Part shown: positions 52,799 through 63,009 of the stretch, one piece after another
How positions within the stretch are numbered: position 1 is the stretch's first letter
Layout of the letters: the number at the start of each line of letters is the position of its first letter
NCBI GenBank assembly: GCA_023205875.1
Contig: CP060758.1
Location: 558,001-622,000 of the forward strand
Source of the DNA: Chloropicon primus
Lineage: Eukaryota
Length of the DNA stretch: 64,000 bases
Direction of reading: 5' to 3'
The notes under the pieces: model-generated
The model's database searches: none
Told to the model about the DNA's origin: nothing
Seen by the model: the letters and a program-made list of their open reading frames with translations, nothing else
Program-made: the position numbers and the translations under genes

Positions 52799-55201
52799 TT
52801 AATCCAAACGCAATAATCGTATAGGCCGCGCCCCTTTCTCGCACGGCTCCTCGGTCACAGTTCCAATGCATTTCGCGCCCACGGTGCCACATGCTCGAAG
52901 GTCTTGAAGGCAAGACTCCACGCTTTCGGGGGGAACGCCAAAGAGGAGGCCCCCTGACGTCTGCGGATCAAACAGAATGGGGTACACGGGGTCCGATTTG
53001 CCGCCGTCACCCATTTCAAGGGCGTCTGACCACTTGGTGTTCTCGGGGTACAGGGAGCTCTGCACGCCTTCCCCGCTCAGCTCCGCTGCGCCGTCCAGCA
53101 ACGGGACAGACGCCATGTCCACCTCTACCGCGACGTTGGAAGCAACCACCATTTCCCTGAGGTGCCCCGCGAGGCCGAAACCAGTGACATCGGTGCAGGC
53201 GGTGGCACCATGCCTGAGAGCTACGTCCATCCCATCCCTGTTCAACTTCGCCATGGAGTTGATGGCCCCTTCCATCCATTCCCCTCGACACGAGCCTCGC
53301 ATTTCTGCTGCGAGGATGATGCCAGTGCCCAACGCTTTTGTCAAAATCAACCGCTGCCCTTTCCTCAATTTCGATTTGTTCAAAAGGGCGTCCTTGCTTG
53401 CTACTCGTCCGGTCACAGCAAAGCCCATCGCCATCTCAGAGCCCTGCGCGGAATGACCCCCCCTCAGCTGGCACCCGGCCTCCATCAGAGTGCTGCAAGC
53501 CCCCGAGAGCATTTGCAGTAAGCAGCCCCGAAGCTTGTCGGGGCTTCCGTGCGGGACGACAGCCAGCGCGAGAGCTGAGGTGGGGTGAACGCCCATGGCA
53601 TAGATGTCCGAAAGGGCGTGGCTGGCAGCTATGGCCCCGAAGACAAAGGGATCGCCGACAAAGCTCTCGAAGAAATCAACGGACTGGACAACCGCTTTGC
53701 AGTCCCCTACATCCAGAACGGCCGCGTCGTCAGCTTGGTCGAGCGAGGACGTCACCTCGGCGTAAGCAGATTCCTTGAGAAGCTGCAGGACGCTGGACAG
53801 GACGTCTGGCCCGACCTTTGACCCGCACCCCGCGCAAAACATCTTGTGCTTGCCCTCTGCAGACTCTTCTTTGGAGTCCTCCGGTTGGACCATGGACCTC
53901 AAGGAGTCTCTGACCTCGCTGGTGTACTTCGCCATCCACGTGGTGTCGATCCAATTCTTCAGTCTCCAAACCCACTGCCCCCGAAAGCCCCAGCAGCCTC
54001 GCAACCCCACTGCGTACTTGTCCCCCGTGCTAATCAGCGACAGGTAACGAGTCTGCGGAACGTACCTCGTCAAGGCCTCCTCTTCCAGCCCCTCCAGCTT
54101 TCCAGTCAGGTTCTCCATGAGAGGGGCTCCTTGCCTTACGGCGAAGACACCGGCTTTCGGCCGCGGGTGGTCACTCATCGTGGCGCAGTCCCCCGCGGCG
54201 AAGATGCCTGGGTGACTCAAGCTCTCCAGATGCTCGTCGACCAGCACAAAGCCTCTGTCGTCCACGTCGAGTCCGGAATTCCTGAGCCAGGACGCGGGGC
54301 TCGCGCTCGTGCACCAGAGGCAGTGGTCAAAAGCCTCCTCCCTCACGGCCCCGTCCGCGTTCGCGAACTTGAGTTTCTTGTCCATCACCTCGAGAACGCG
54401 CGCGCCTTCCACCAGCCTGATCCCTCTCTGCTTCAGCGTCTCCCTGATCACCGTCCTGCCGTACTCGTTCTGTCCGGAGAGGACCTGTCCCCTGGTGTAG
54501 AGGGCAATCTCCACCCCCTCGATCTCGTCCACGGCCGTCAGGCGGTGGTGCACCGCCAGGCAGAGCTCCGTCCCCCCCGCGCCCCCGCCCACAACCGCTA
54601 TGCTCGAACCCCTCAGGGCCTCCCTCTTGCCTTCCGTCCCCCCTCGAAGCTCCCGCTCGAAACGCTCGACGAAGCGGTCGATGGGCTTCACCGAGGTCGT
54701 GTTCTCCGCCGCTCCGGGCACGCTGCTATCCGGGGTGATGCCCACGTTGATGGAGAGGACGTCGTAGCCGACTGCAGGGCACGACTCCCCCAGGTCCCCC
54801 CGCCTCGCGATGTGCACCGTCTTCGCCTTCGGGTCGACCTTCACGGCTGCTGCGTGCACGAGCGTCGCTCCAGCGAGCCTCGCGAGGGGAACGAGGTCGA
54901 TGTGGCACTCCTCGGACGTGTAATGCCCGGCCACATACCCCGGAAGCATGCCACTGTACGGCGTAAGCGTCTCCTTGGCTATTAGTGTCACCCGGGTGTA
55001 TCTGTCCGGCTTCCAGACTCCCCTGCGCCTCTGCATCGCGATCATTTTCAAGACCCCGACGTGGGCATGGCCTCCGCCCACCAGCACGAGGTCCTTCTCC
55101 CAGAATCCCCTCATCCCCTCCCCCCCCTCCATGGAACGACGCCGACTCCTCGGTGACACACGACCACGACGAGGACGCCCTCCGCTCGTCGGCGGTTTCA
55201 T
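52799..55201 (-). CDS. selD: FAD-dependent oxidoreductase-selenophosphate synthetase (SelD) fusion
   Basis: The N-half has LVLVGGGHAHV, PYSGMLPG, VVGGGAGG.E, IFAAGDC and PKAGVFAVRQ. The C-half has CAGCGSKV, DDAAV, SVDFF, ALSDIYAMG, GGHS, TDVTGFGL.GHL and DPQTSGGLL. The start could be the ATG at 55132. Confidence 0.93.
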   Translation of the reverse strand: MKPPTSGGRPRRGRVSPRSRRRSMEGGEGMRGFWEKDLVLVGGGHAHVGVLKMIAMQRRRGVWKPDRYTRVTLIAKETLTPYSGMLPGYVAGHYTSEECHIDLVPLARLAGATLVHAAAVKVDPKAKTVHIARRGDLGESCPAVGYDVLSINVGITPDSSVPGAAENTTSVKPIDRFVERFERELRGGTEGKREALRGSSIAVVGGGAGGTELCLAVHHRLTAVDEIEGVEIALYTRGQVLSGQNEYGRTVIRETLKQRGIRLVEGARVLEVMDKKLKFANADGAVREEAFDHCLWCTSASPASWLRNSGLDVDDRGFVLVDEHLESLSHPGIFAAGDCATMSDHPRPKAGVFAVRQGAPLMENLTGKLEGLEEEALTRYVPQTRYLSLISTGDKYAVGLRGCWGFRGQWVWRLKNWIDTTWMAKYTSEVRDSLRSMVQPEDSKEESAEGKHKMFCAGCGSKVGPDVLSSVLQLLKESAYAEVTSSLDQADDAAVLDVGDCKAVVQSVDFFESFVGDPFVFGAIAASHALSDIYAMGVHPTSALALAVVPHGSPDKLRGCLLQMLSGACSTLMEAGCQLRGGHSAQGSEMAMGFAVTGRVASKDALLNKSKLRKGQRLILTKALGTGIILAAEMRGSCRGEWMEGAINSMAKLNRDGMDVALRHGATACTDVTGFGLAGHLREMVVASNVAVEVDMASVPLLDGAAELSGEGVQSSLYPENTKWSDALEMGDGGKSDPVYPILFDPQTSGGLLFGVPPESVESCLQDLRACGTVGAKCIGTVTEEPCEKGARPIRLLRLD

Positions 55202-55423
55202 CTGTCATCCATCCCATCCTGGGAAGGGAAGGGAAGGGAGGGAGAAGGTGATTGCTCAGGGGTAGATGCTGGCCTCAAACTCGAACAAAGTTGTTGTCTT
55301 TGGCTTGGTTCCTCTCTCCACTCCACGCCAGCACGCAGGGCGTGATGTAATGAACGTATGAATTACAGGCTTGTCGTAGTGTTACACAGGAGGAAGGAAG
55401 GGCCGGGGTCCTCACTGGAATCT

Positions 55424-57409
55424 TCACTGGAAGCACTCGTGGACGCCCTCCTTGAGTTTCTTGGAGCACTCGGCGGCGAGGCTCTTGCAGTGGTCGATCT
55501 CCGACAGGAGCATGGCCCTCTCCTGGTGAAGCTCCCTGTACTCGGCCTTGAGGTCCTGGGTGGTGGTCTTGTCCTCGCTTGCCTTTATCCTCTTGATGAG
55601 CTCGTTCATCTGCTTGGCGAGCATGTTTGACTCCTTTTTCTTCGTCTTCACCAGCATCCGGTTCTCGTCCAGAGCCTCCTGCAGCTGCTTCCCCACGCCC
55701 TCCTTGTATATCTCGATCTTCGCGGGGTCCAAGGCGGAGCCGTTGCTGGAGTTGCTCTGGGACCGCGGCAGCGCTTGCGGGGACTCGCTCTGATAGCTGC
55801 CTGCCTCGGAGTAGACGTCCGCACCACCGTTGTTGTGGTGGCGGCCTTCAACGCTCCCGTGGCCATTCTCGTGCCCGAGGGAGAGGGGCTGGCTCTCGAT
55901 GCTGGGGGCGGAAGGTCCAGCCGACTCGCTGCTGGGCACGCTCGTCCGATTGTAGATGGCCTTGCACTGCAAGATGATCTCCTTGATGTGCCGCACGCTC
56001 GAGAACTCGAGGGGAGAAAAGTTGTTGACGCTCCAAGAGTCGTTCAAGAAGTACCTCTCGAGCTGCTCCAGCAGAATCGCCCTCTGCTCATCCGTGTACG
56101 GCTCGTATTCCCTGTTCACCTGGGACAACGAGTCGTAAAGGGCCAGCTCCTCCTTCAGGTGGTTGTTCTCATCCACGAGCTTTTGGATGTACTGCGACAC
56201 GTTCTTGTCGTTCCTCATGACATTCAGGATCGGGCTGTTCTTCACGTTCAACATGCGCTGCGCGAACCTGCACGTCCTCACGGTCTCGCTCAAGAAGGAG
56301 CTCTCCAGCCTCACGTTGGCCACGAAAACCGTGTAGCTGTTGCCCCCCAAAGATTCCTTCAGGAACTGCGTCAGCTTGCACGTCCTGTACGGGATGTGGT
56401 CCCTGTTGGGGTCCCCGATCGCCAGGACCACTTGCTCAAGGAACGAAAGGGATTTGTTGATGTGCTGCGCCTCCGATTGGTGGACACCGCTGGACTGGGT
56501 CTTAGAGAGCCGCTCGCTTCCGGCCAAGTCGACCAGGTCCAGCCTGCTTTGGATGGTTTCCTCGGCATCCGAGGAAGCTGAGCCCCTCTTCGGGCCGCCC
56601 TTGCCAGCCTCGGCCGACCTCTTGCCAGAACCGCGTGTCACGTAGAGCGTCAAGATAGCGTGGGAACGAGACGAGTCCCTGTTCAGATTATGAGCAGCGA
56701 CTTGCCTCCTCCTCAAGCCCAAGTGGAGAAGCTCCATGGCTTGGTCCCTCGACGAGACGGAGTGACAGGACGCCCCGTTGCGCATCTGCGGAGTGGAAGC
56801 CGCAGATTCCTTCCCAGCAACCGACTTCCTCAGCGCGATGGAGTTGGTGTCCTCCTGGATCAGGTCGTGGACAATGTCGTTGTAGATCTCGATATACGAC
56901 ATCTTCAAGCTCACCTCGACGCTGCCCTTCGCCTTGCCCTTGTCTTCCACGCCGCCAGCGCCCATTTGACCTCCAGAATTCATCTGCGCCTTTGCCTTGA
57001 ACACCTGCTCCACCGCCCTCTGCATGATGCCCCTGTCCGGGCCTTCGCTCATGGCGTGAAAGGCTTCCAGGTTCGTGATGTCGCCGACCTTGCCTGACAT
57101 GGTGTACGTCTTCCCGGCACCGGTCTGGCCGTAGCACATCACCGTGCCGTTGAAGCCCTCGAGGACGGTCGAGACGACTTTCTCGGCGCACCTCGAGTAC
57201 ACCAAGTCCTGTGTCGTCGCCCTCTCCGTTAGCACCCCGTCGAAAACGAAGTTTTGGTCGGCGGGGCATATTTTCGTCTGCTCCTTGGTCTCGGGACGGA
57301 TCCAGATCTCCTCCCTTCCCTCCTGAACCTCCATGCACTCCGGATACCCATCCTCCTCCTGCCTAGGACGCGGCCTTGCGAATACTCGAACTGGGACGTC
57401 GGGGGCCAT
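55424..57409 (-). CDS. Kinesin-9 (KIF9/KLP1-like)
   Basis: GQTGAGKT, AAHNLN..SSRSH, INKSLSFLEQVV.A, RFAQRM..VKN and the kinesin-9-type post-motor LKEELALYDSL...YEPY motif. Confidence 0.85.
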   Translation of the reverse strand: MAPDVPVRVFARPRPRQEEDGYPECMEVQEGREEIWIRPETKEQTKICPADQNFVFDGVLTERATTQDLVYSRCAEKVVSTVLEGFNGTVMCYGQTGAGKTYTMSGKVGDITNLEAFHAMSEGPDRGIMQRAVEQVFKAKAQMNSGGQMGAGGVEDKGKAKGSVEVSLKMSYIEIYNDIVHDLIQEDTNSIALRKSVAGKESAASTPQMRNGASCHSVSSRDQAMELLHLGLRRRQVAAHNLNRDSSRSHAILTLYVTRGSGKRSAEAGKGGPKRGSASSDAEETIQSRLDLVDLAGSERLSKTQSSGVHQSEAQHINKSLSFLEQVVLAIGDPNRDHIPYRTCKLTQFLKESLGGNSYTVFVANVRLESSFLSETVRTCRFAQRMLNVKNSPILNVMRNDKNVSQYIQKLVDENNHLKEELALYDSLSQVNREYEPYTDEQRAILLEQLERYFLNDSWSVNNFSPLEFSSVRHIKEIILQCKAIYNRTSVPSSESAGPSAPSIESQPLSLGHENGHGSVEGRHHNNGGADVYSEAGSYQSESPQALPRSQSNSSNGSALDPAKIEIYKEGVGKQLQEALDENRMLVKTKKKESNMLAKQMNELIKRIKASEDKTTTQDLKAEYRELHQERAMLLSEIDHCKSLAAECSKKLKEGVHECFQ

Positions 57410-58262
57410 CCTTGACGCTTCGGCTAACCGCTCCTCTCGCAGCCTAGACTCGTGTCAGCGGTGGCACGTCACGTTGTCAATGGCGGCTCTCTCGTCAGCC
57501 GCGCCATCAGCTCGCTTCAGATTATTTCCCACAACCGTTTGTGTCACGTTCCACTCCTTTGGTCTCGCCTTCAAGGGCCACTCCGCCTGTCCAACGGGTC
57601 AAGCGAGCGCCAATCGAAAGATCAAGAGACTCGCTTTCGTAGCGTCCGCCTCTCGTCCCCTCCCTCGAGCTCAACCCTCCTCCTTCCCCCTCTTACTCGG
57701 CACACTCCCCTCCCTCCCTGCCTGCCTTGGAAGCTGTTGTGGAAGCCTCCTGAGGAAGTTTTCTCTCTCGCGCGCGCGAACCCAGGAAGTTTGGTACCCA
57801 CGGAAAGATCTCCAAAAGTCCTATCGATGCCAACGACCCGTCGTGCACCTCTCTCCGTGCCAAGGACGCACTTGTCCGAGTTCTCCAACACTTTCCAACC
57901 CCAACACTTCCACCTTAGGAAGATTACGATTATGGTTTGAACAATTTTTGATTCTGCCAGTTGTTCCCAGTCCTCCAAAGGAAACGGAGTCGAAGGGGCA
58001 AGTTTTGGATTGTTTCGAGGTCCAAGACGATACAGCAGATGCTTAAGAGCGTTGCTGAACGAAACAGCGTCTCACAGGCTTTCCAGTGATACCTCTGGTG
58101 ACCTCTTCTGAACTCGGTTGGCGTCCCCAAGCGTTCGGGGTTGGGTCGTCCTTCGAAGGCGAGAGGGCAAGAAGGAGCGAGAGGACGGCGTCCCGAGTGG
58201 TCGGCGGAGGAGGGGAGTTGAGTGTTGAGTGTTGAGTGTTGTGGGATCGGGGGACGTGCGCT

Positions 58263-59918
58263 ATGGAACAAGAAGCCGTGCCGCTGGAAGCCATCCCGTC
58301 GTGGGGGTCGACTTTTTGCAAGGAAGAAGGACACGAGGGGAGCGGTGGTGCTGGTGAAAGGAGCCTCCCCGGCGAAGAGAAGGAAAGTCCCTTCGCGGTG
58401 AACAAGGAGTTCAACGACAAGATCAAGCTTTGGAGCGGGATACCATGGAAAATAGCAGTGGACGCGGTGGTGAACTCGACTTCGGAGACTTTCGAGTCTT
58501 GCGAAGTTTTCCGAGGGGAGACTATCCACGTGGCAGCCGGCCCCAACCTCATCAAGGCCTGCCGGCAAATCAAGTCGTGCAGGACGAGCCAGGCTTGCGC
58601 CACGGAGGCTTTCGACATTCCTGTGGTCAAGAAGATCATCCACACGGTTGGACCGAGGTACGCGACCAAGTACCACACGGCCGCGGAGAACGCGTTGTGC
58701 CACTGCATTTGGTCCTCCCTCGAGGTGCTGGTCGAGGAGAAGCTCAGAACGATAGCGATGAGCTGCATCTACACCCACGCCAAAGGGTTTCCCAGGGAAA
58801 CGGGGGCCCACATCACGAGCAGGACGATCAGGAGGTACCTGGAAAAGCACGGCAGCACCGTCGACGTGATCGTGCTTTGCATTCCGGAAGCGAATGATTT
58901 GGACATCTACGAGCAGGTTCTCCCGTTGTACTTCCCGAGAACCAAGGAAGAGGAGAGGGACGTCCTTGGCAAGATCCCCGAAAACATCGGGAACGAGCGT
59001 GGCGAGTCCCTCATGACTCACAGAGACATTAGGATATCGGAGATGCCCACGGGTCCCACGGGCCCTTCCTCGGACAATGCCACGCTGGAGGGCGCTTACA
59101 GTGGCCGGGGGCCCGTTCCGCGGTTAGGAAGCAAGCCGAATCCTGGACCAGCTAGCGAGAAGCCGAAAAATAAGATTACGAGCTGGGGCAGCGACTTCAT
59201 CCAGATGACGGAGTCTCCGGACAGCAAGAGAAGTGCTAACGCCGAGGGCATGACTTGGAAGTTCGGAGAGGTCTTCGGGGGGTTCCTCAACAGCCTGAGC
59301 AACATTTCCTTCACCACGTCCAGCAGCAGCAGCTCTGGCCAGGAAGCGGCGGGGGATCTCAACCACGAGCAGATCTTGAGGAGGGCTCTGGGCCACAAGA
59401 CGGACGACATTCACATGATGAGAATACTGAGCAAGAGCCTCGACCACGAAGGCGACCCGGTGCTTGTCATCACTGGGGTCCACTTCTTGGTCAAGGCCGT
59501 GGATCCGGAGAGGTTTGTCCTCTATTTCGTCAAGGAGTTCGAGAGCTTGTGCTCGGGGCCGTACAGCGTGATCTTGCTGGACACGGACACGGGCCCTGGC
59601 AATTGGCCTGGGTTTTCCTTCATCAGGCAAGTCCACAATTCTTTGGGGGACAACCACAGACTGAATTTGAAGGGCTTCTACGCTCTTCACGCGTCCTTCC
59701 GCCTGCGGAGTGCCGCCTTTTTCATGCAAGTCACCGAGCCGAACGTCTGGGGCAAGCTCAAGTACCTCGACAGCCTTGAAGAGCTTTACGCCGTTGTTCC
59801 GAGGAAGAACATACGCATCCCGGAGCACGTGGCCCAGTTCGAGGCTCCCGAGGAAAAGGAGGCCGAGGAGGAAACAGTCATCACGCGAACTGTGAAGAAC
59901 AACGAGGCCTTTCTGTGA
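58263..59918 (+). CDS. GDAP2: GDAP2-like protein (macro domain plus CRAL-TRIO/BCH)
   Basis: N.KI.LW.G..W..VDAVVNST, IIHTVGPRY..KY.TAAENAL and LPLYFPR; C-terminal BCH-like NLK..Y.LH...WGKLKY...IPEHV. Confidence 0.9.
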   Translation: MEQEAVPLEAIPSWGSTFCKEEGHEGSGGAGERSLPGEEKESPFAVNKEFNDKIKLWSGIPWKIAVDAVVNSTSETFESCEVFRGETIHVAAGPNLIKACRQIKSCRTSQACATEAFDIPVVKKIIHTVGPRYATKYHTAAENALCHCIWSSLEVLVEEKLRTIAMSCIYTHAKGFPRETGAHITSRTIRRYLEKHGSTVDVIVLCIPEANDLDIYEQVLPLYFPRTKEEERDVLGKIPENIGNERGESLMTHRDIRISEMPTGPTGPSSDNATLEGAYSGRGPVPRLGSKPNPGPASEKPKNKITSWGSDFIQMTESPDSKRSANAEGMTWKFGEVFGGFLNSLSNISFTTSSSSSSGQEAAGDLNHEQILRRALGHKTDDIHMMRILSKSLDHEGDPVLVITGVHFLVKAVDPERFVLYFVKEFESLCSGPYSVILLDTDTGPGNWPGFSFIRQVHNSLGDNHRLNLKGFYALHASFRLRSAAFFMQVTEPNVWGKLKYLDSLEELYAVVPRKNIRIPEHVAQFEAPEEKEAEEETVITRTVKNNEAFL

Positions 59919-60022
59919 CGTTTGTTTTCTTTATGGTCGACATCATCATTATATGCCAGCACTTAAAATAATCAAGCAATTGCTTTGAAACTGCGAGAAG
60001 AAAGCAGTGTGACTACAAAAGT

Positions 60023-61181
60023 TTAGCCGAGCCTTATTCCAGACGACTTCTTCTTCTTCGTGACTCCCGTTGATTTTCCAAAGGGGTTGAGGCCCTTTGA
60101 TTTCGTGTCCTGCTGCTTCTTCGCGGTGTTGCTCCTGTACTGGACGGCACCGAAGAAAGACTCCAACCTTCCTTGCTGGGACTTGGTCTTCGAGGCCTTG
60201 ATCTTCTTGATCACGGCCTGGATTCTCTCCAGGTTGAAGCTCTTCTCGTCCACCATGAACGCGATGAGGCCCTCCTCGTCCGGGTTGGTCCACTTGAACG
60301 GAGGCACCTGGTCCGCCGGGATGACCTCCGGGTTCTTGAAGAGCTCCCTCGCCTCCTTGTAGGGGAAGGGCTCCGGGACGGTGTACTTCTTCTTGTCCAG
60401 CTGGTCGATGACCTTCTCCAGGGACCCGTGCTCCCTGATGAGCTGCAGGGCTCTCTTGGGACCGATGCCCCTGATGGAGCTGGTGTAATCGCAACCGCAA
60501 AGGATGCAGATGTCGATGAACTGGTCCATGGTGACGTTCATACCCTCCAAGACCTTCTCCACGACGAACTCCTGGATCTCCTTCTTCTGGGACGCCGGGG
60601 CCATCATGTGCCTCGACTGCCTGGTCGTTCCGAAGGTGAGGCAATCCATATCCTCCGTGGCCACGGTGAAAACCTTGCCGGCCTTGCAGAGTTCCGCGCA
60701 CTGGGCCTCCGCCTCGCACGGGGCCTCCAGGATCGGGACGCCCATCAGGCGCAGGAGGCGCTTGCACTCCTCGTTGTGCTCCTTGGTCACCCTCATGGTC
60801 CTCTTGCTAAACTTCTCCACGGCGACCATGTCTCCCGCCTCCTTGGCCTCCTTGAGCTTCTGATCGGCGTCCTTCCTCGCCTCGCTCCTCTTGGTGAGCT
60901 CCCCGCTCTTCATCTCCGGCGGCTTGCCGTCGAACACGTACACGGGCTTTATCCCAGCCTCCAGCAGCCTCGTGGTTCTGTGCATCATGCCCTGAAGGTG
61001 CGAAGTCACCTCGCCGTTCTCGTCGGTCAGCTGCTGGTCGCCCTGCCTACCCACAACTTCAAGAGAGAGAGAGAGAGAGGCAAAGCGAAACCAGGAGGAG
61101 AGCGGTGTCAATCACTATCGGCTCGAGGCTCGAGGAGAAGAAGAAGAAGAAGAAGAAGAAGGACGCTTCCCCCCATGAGCA

Positions 61182-61240
<59 letters not shown>

Positions 61241-61403
61241 AACACAAAAAAAGGGAAAAGGGTAACTCACCTGCCATGAACTGGTAGATGTGCATGGAAG
61301 CGTCGATAGCGACCTTCCTGCCGAAGTAACTCTCGAGCTGGTGGTCCCTAAACGCCCCGGGAGCATTGTCGCTGATCAGTTTCTTCAGGCCCTGGATCCC
61401 CAT
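60023..61403 (-). CDS. FEN1: Flap endonuclease 1; exons 61403-61271 and 61056-60023
   Basis: [10 protein letters not shown]..., [43 protein letters not shown] and PIP box QGRLESFF. Phase-1 intron 61270-61057. Confidence 0.97.
61184..61234. repeat. (CA)n microsatellite in the FEN1 intron, with adjacent (AAG)n and (GA)n tracts
   Basis: Directly visible. Confidence 0.95.
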
Positions 61404-61826
61404 GGCGACAGCGAGGTTCTCTCTCTCTCTCTCTTAATTTTTTTGGCGCGAAACAAATAAATGCCAAAATCTGAAGGGGGAAGATGAATTATCCATCCGC
61501 ATTGCGTGGACAAAAGGTCGGAGCGAATCGCAATCCTCGGACTGCTCCGCCTCGTTCGTTCTCTCCCCGCGCGCATTGTTTGGTGGAGGATCCGACCCTT
61601 TCTCTCGGGGTCAGGCCGCCGCCGACGGCGAGGGACAACGAGGTGCCCGCGCCCCTCTCCCTTTGCGGGTCGGTGCAGGTCCGATGGGAGTGCAGTGGAG
61701 TTGCTGAAATCGCCGGCTTGCGGTGGCAAGGCGCGCGAGGGTGCTCCTTGTAATACGAAAGTGAAATATATCGATATTAGTCTTACGACAACGACGGCGA
61801 CGACAACGACTAGAACAAGAAGGCCA

Positions 61827-62495
61827 CTACTGGCTCTTCTTCTTCTGTCGGAGGGCCTTCATTTTCTTGGCCCGCTGCTGAAACATGTGAATGTACATGG
61901 GAAGCCAGACCAGGGGGTACACCAGGACCAAGTACGAGATGAAGGTGCTGTACTCAAAGTCAACGTTCAGGGGCTCGGGCAACTTGAACGTGTGCAGTCC
62001 CCTTTCCTTCAGGTACGGAAGGGCGAGTTGCATCAGCCTGAGCTCGCAGAGCATCCCCAAGGGGTACATGGGCACGAACAGGTTGTACCTGAGCCAAGTG
62101 AGCTGGTCCGGGACCATCTTCCCCATGACAATCCCCAGGAGGTAGTAGTAGTACCTCACGATCTCCGAGGAGCTCCAGACGAAGAAGAGGAGGGCGGTCG
62201 CCGGATTGTTTTGCAGCTCGGGGATGAAGTACAAAATGCAAAGAAGCACGTTGCTCTTGCCAAACCACTGGGCGAACGAAGTCAAGGCCCCGGACCTCGA
62301 TATCCCGAGCAATGCGTTGACGGTCTCCAGCAACGCCATGCAGTGCGTTACGACCTGAACGTGTCCGGCCCCAGCCCACAGGCTTCCGAGGCCCCTGTTC
62401 AGCAGGGTGTACACCACGCTCGCCGTGCTCAGCACCGAGGCGACCGTCATCACCGCATTGTAAATCACAAGGAACGCGTCGAACTTGCCGCTCAT
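61827..62495 (-). CDS. Very-long-chain 3-hydroxyacyl-CoA dehydratase (HACD/PAS2/PTPLA)
   Basis: LV.YN, LE..NA.LG..RS, WS.SEIVRY.YY, WLRYNLF..MYPLG...E, MY.HM..QR.K and a dilysine-like C-terminus. Confidence 0.9.
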   Translation of the reverse strand: MSGKFDAFLVIYNAVMTVASVLSTASVVYTLLNRGLGSLWAGAGHVQVVTHCMALLETVNALLGISRSGALTSFAQWFGKSNVLLCILYFIPELQNNPATALLFFVWSSSEIVRYYYYLLGIVMGKMVPDQLTWLRYNLFVPMYPLGMLCELRLMQLALPYLKERGLHTFKLPEPLNVDFEYSTFISYLVLVYPLVWLPMYIHMFQQRAKKMKALRQKKKSQ

Positions 62496-63009
62496 CTTCA
62501 ACCCCCCTCCAAAACCTTCGTCCACTCCAGCAGCCAACCTCCCCTCTCTCAACCTCCTCTCCGCTTCTCGAAGCACGAGCGCGAGCGCGATCGATCACAC
62601 GACACGCGATCACTTCTCCACACCGGGCGCGAACCACGTCAAGGCCTGGAGAGCGCCAATATCAATCAAGTGAGTTGGACACAAGAACTCCCTCGGCAAG
62701 GAAAGGAGGGAGAAGAGACTCAAGGCGTAGTGTTCCCCTCTTCCGCTTCCGCTTCCCGCCCTACCTTTACACGGGCGTGGCGTGGCGCGGGGTTGACAAA
62801 GCAAACCTTTCCTTGGCCTCGGTCGCGTCACGATCGCCTCGAGCGGACTCTTCCCAAGAGAACAAGATCAAACGCACGACGAAGCAAGACGCTCTCTCTC
62901 TCTCTCTCTCTCTTCGCGTTTTTTTTTTTTTCTAGAAGGGAGAAGGGAGAAGACGGAGGCGATCGATCGTGGCTTGATCGATCGTGGCGATCGAGGGGAG
63001 GAGGAGAGG

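Noticed and set aside
5677..57409. Three kinesins in 64 kb as a gene cluster
   Set aside because: They belong to different families (14, 5, 9), are far apart and are not tandem duplicates; chance is sufficient.
57473..57487. X-box-like GTTGTCAATGGCGG upstream of kinesin-9
   Set aside because: The match is poor, and RFX factors are not known from green algae.
57720..57960. TGA-containing frame LEAVVEAS*GSFLSRAR (selenoprotein-like) and an Sm-site-like AATTTTTGA
   Set aside because: There is no CxxU motif, start codon or SECIS, and the flanks do not match U1/U2/U4/U5 conserved sequences.
44000..62495. Ceramide synthase and HACD as a sphingolipid cluster or viral-derived pathway
   Set aside because: They are 17 kb apart among unrelated housekeeping genes, with host-like composition and no viral hallmark genes.
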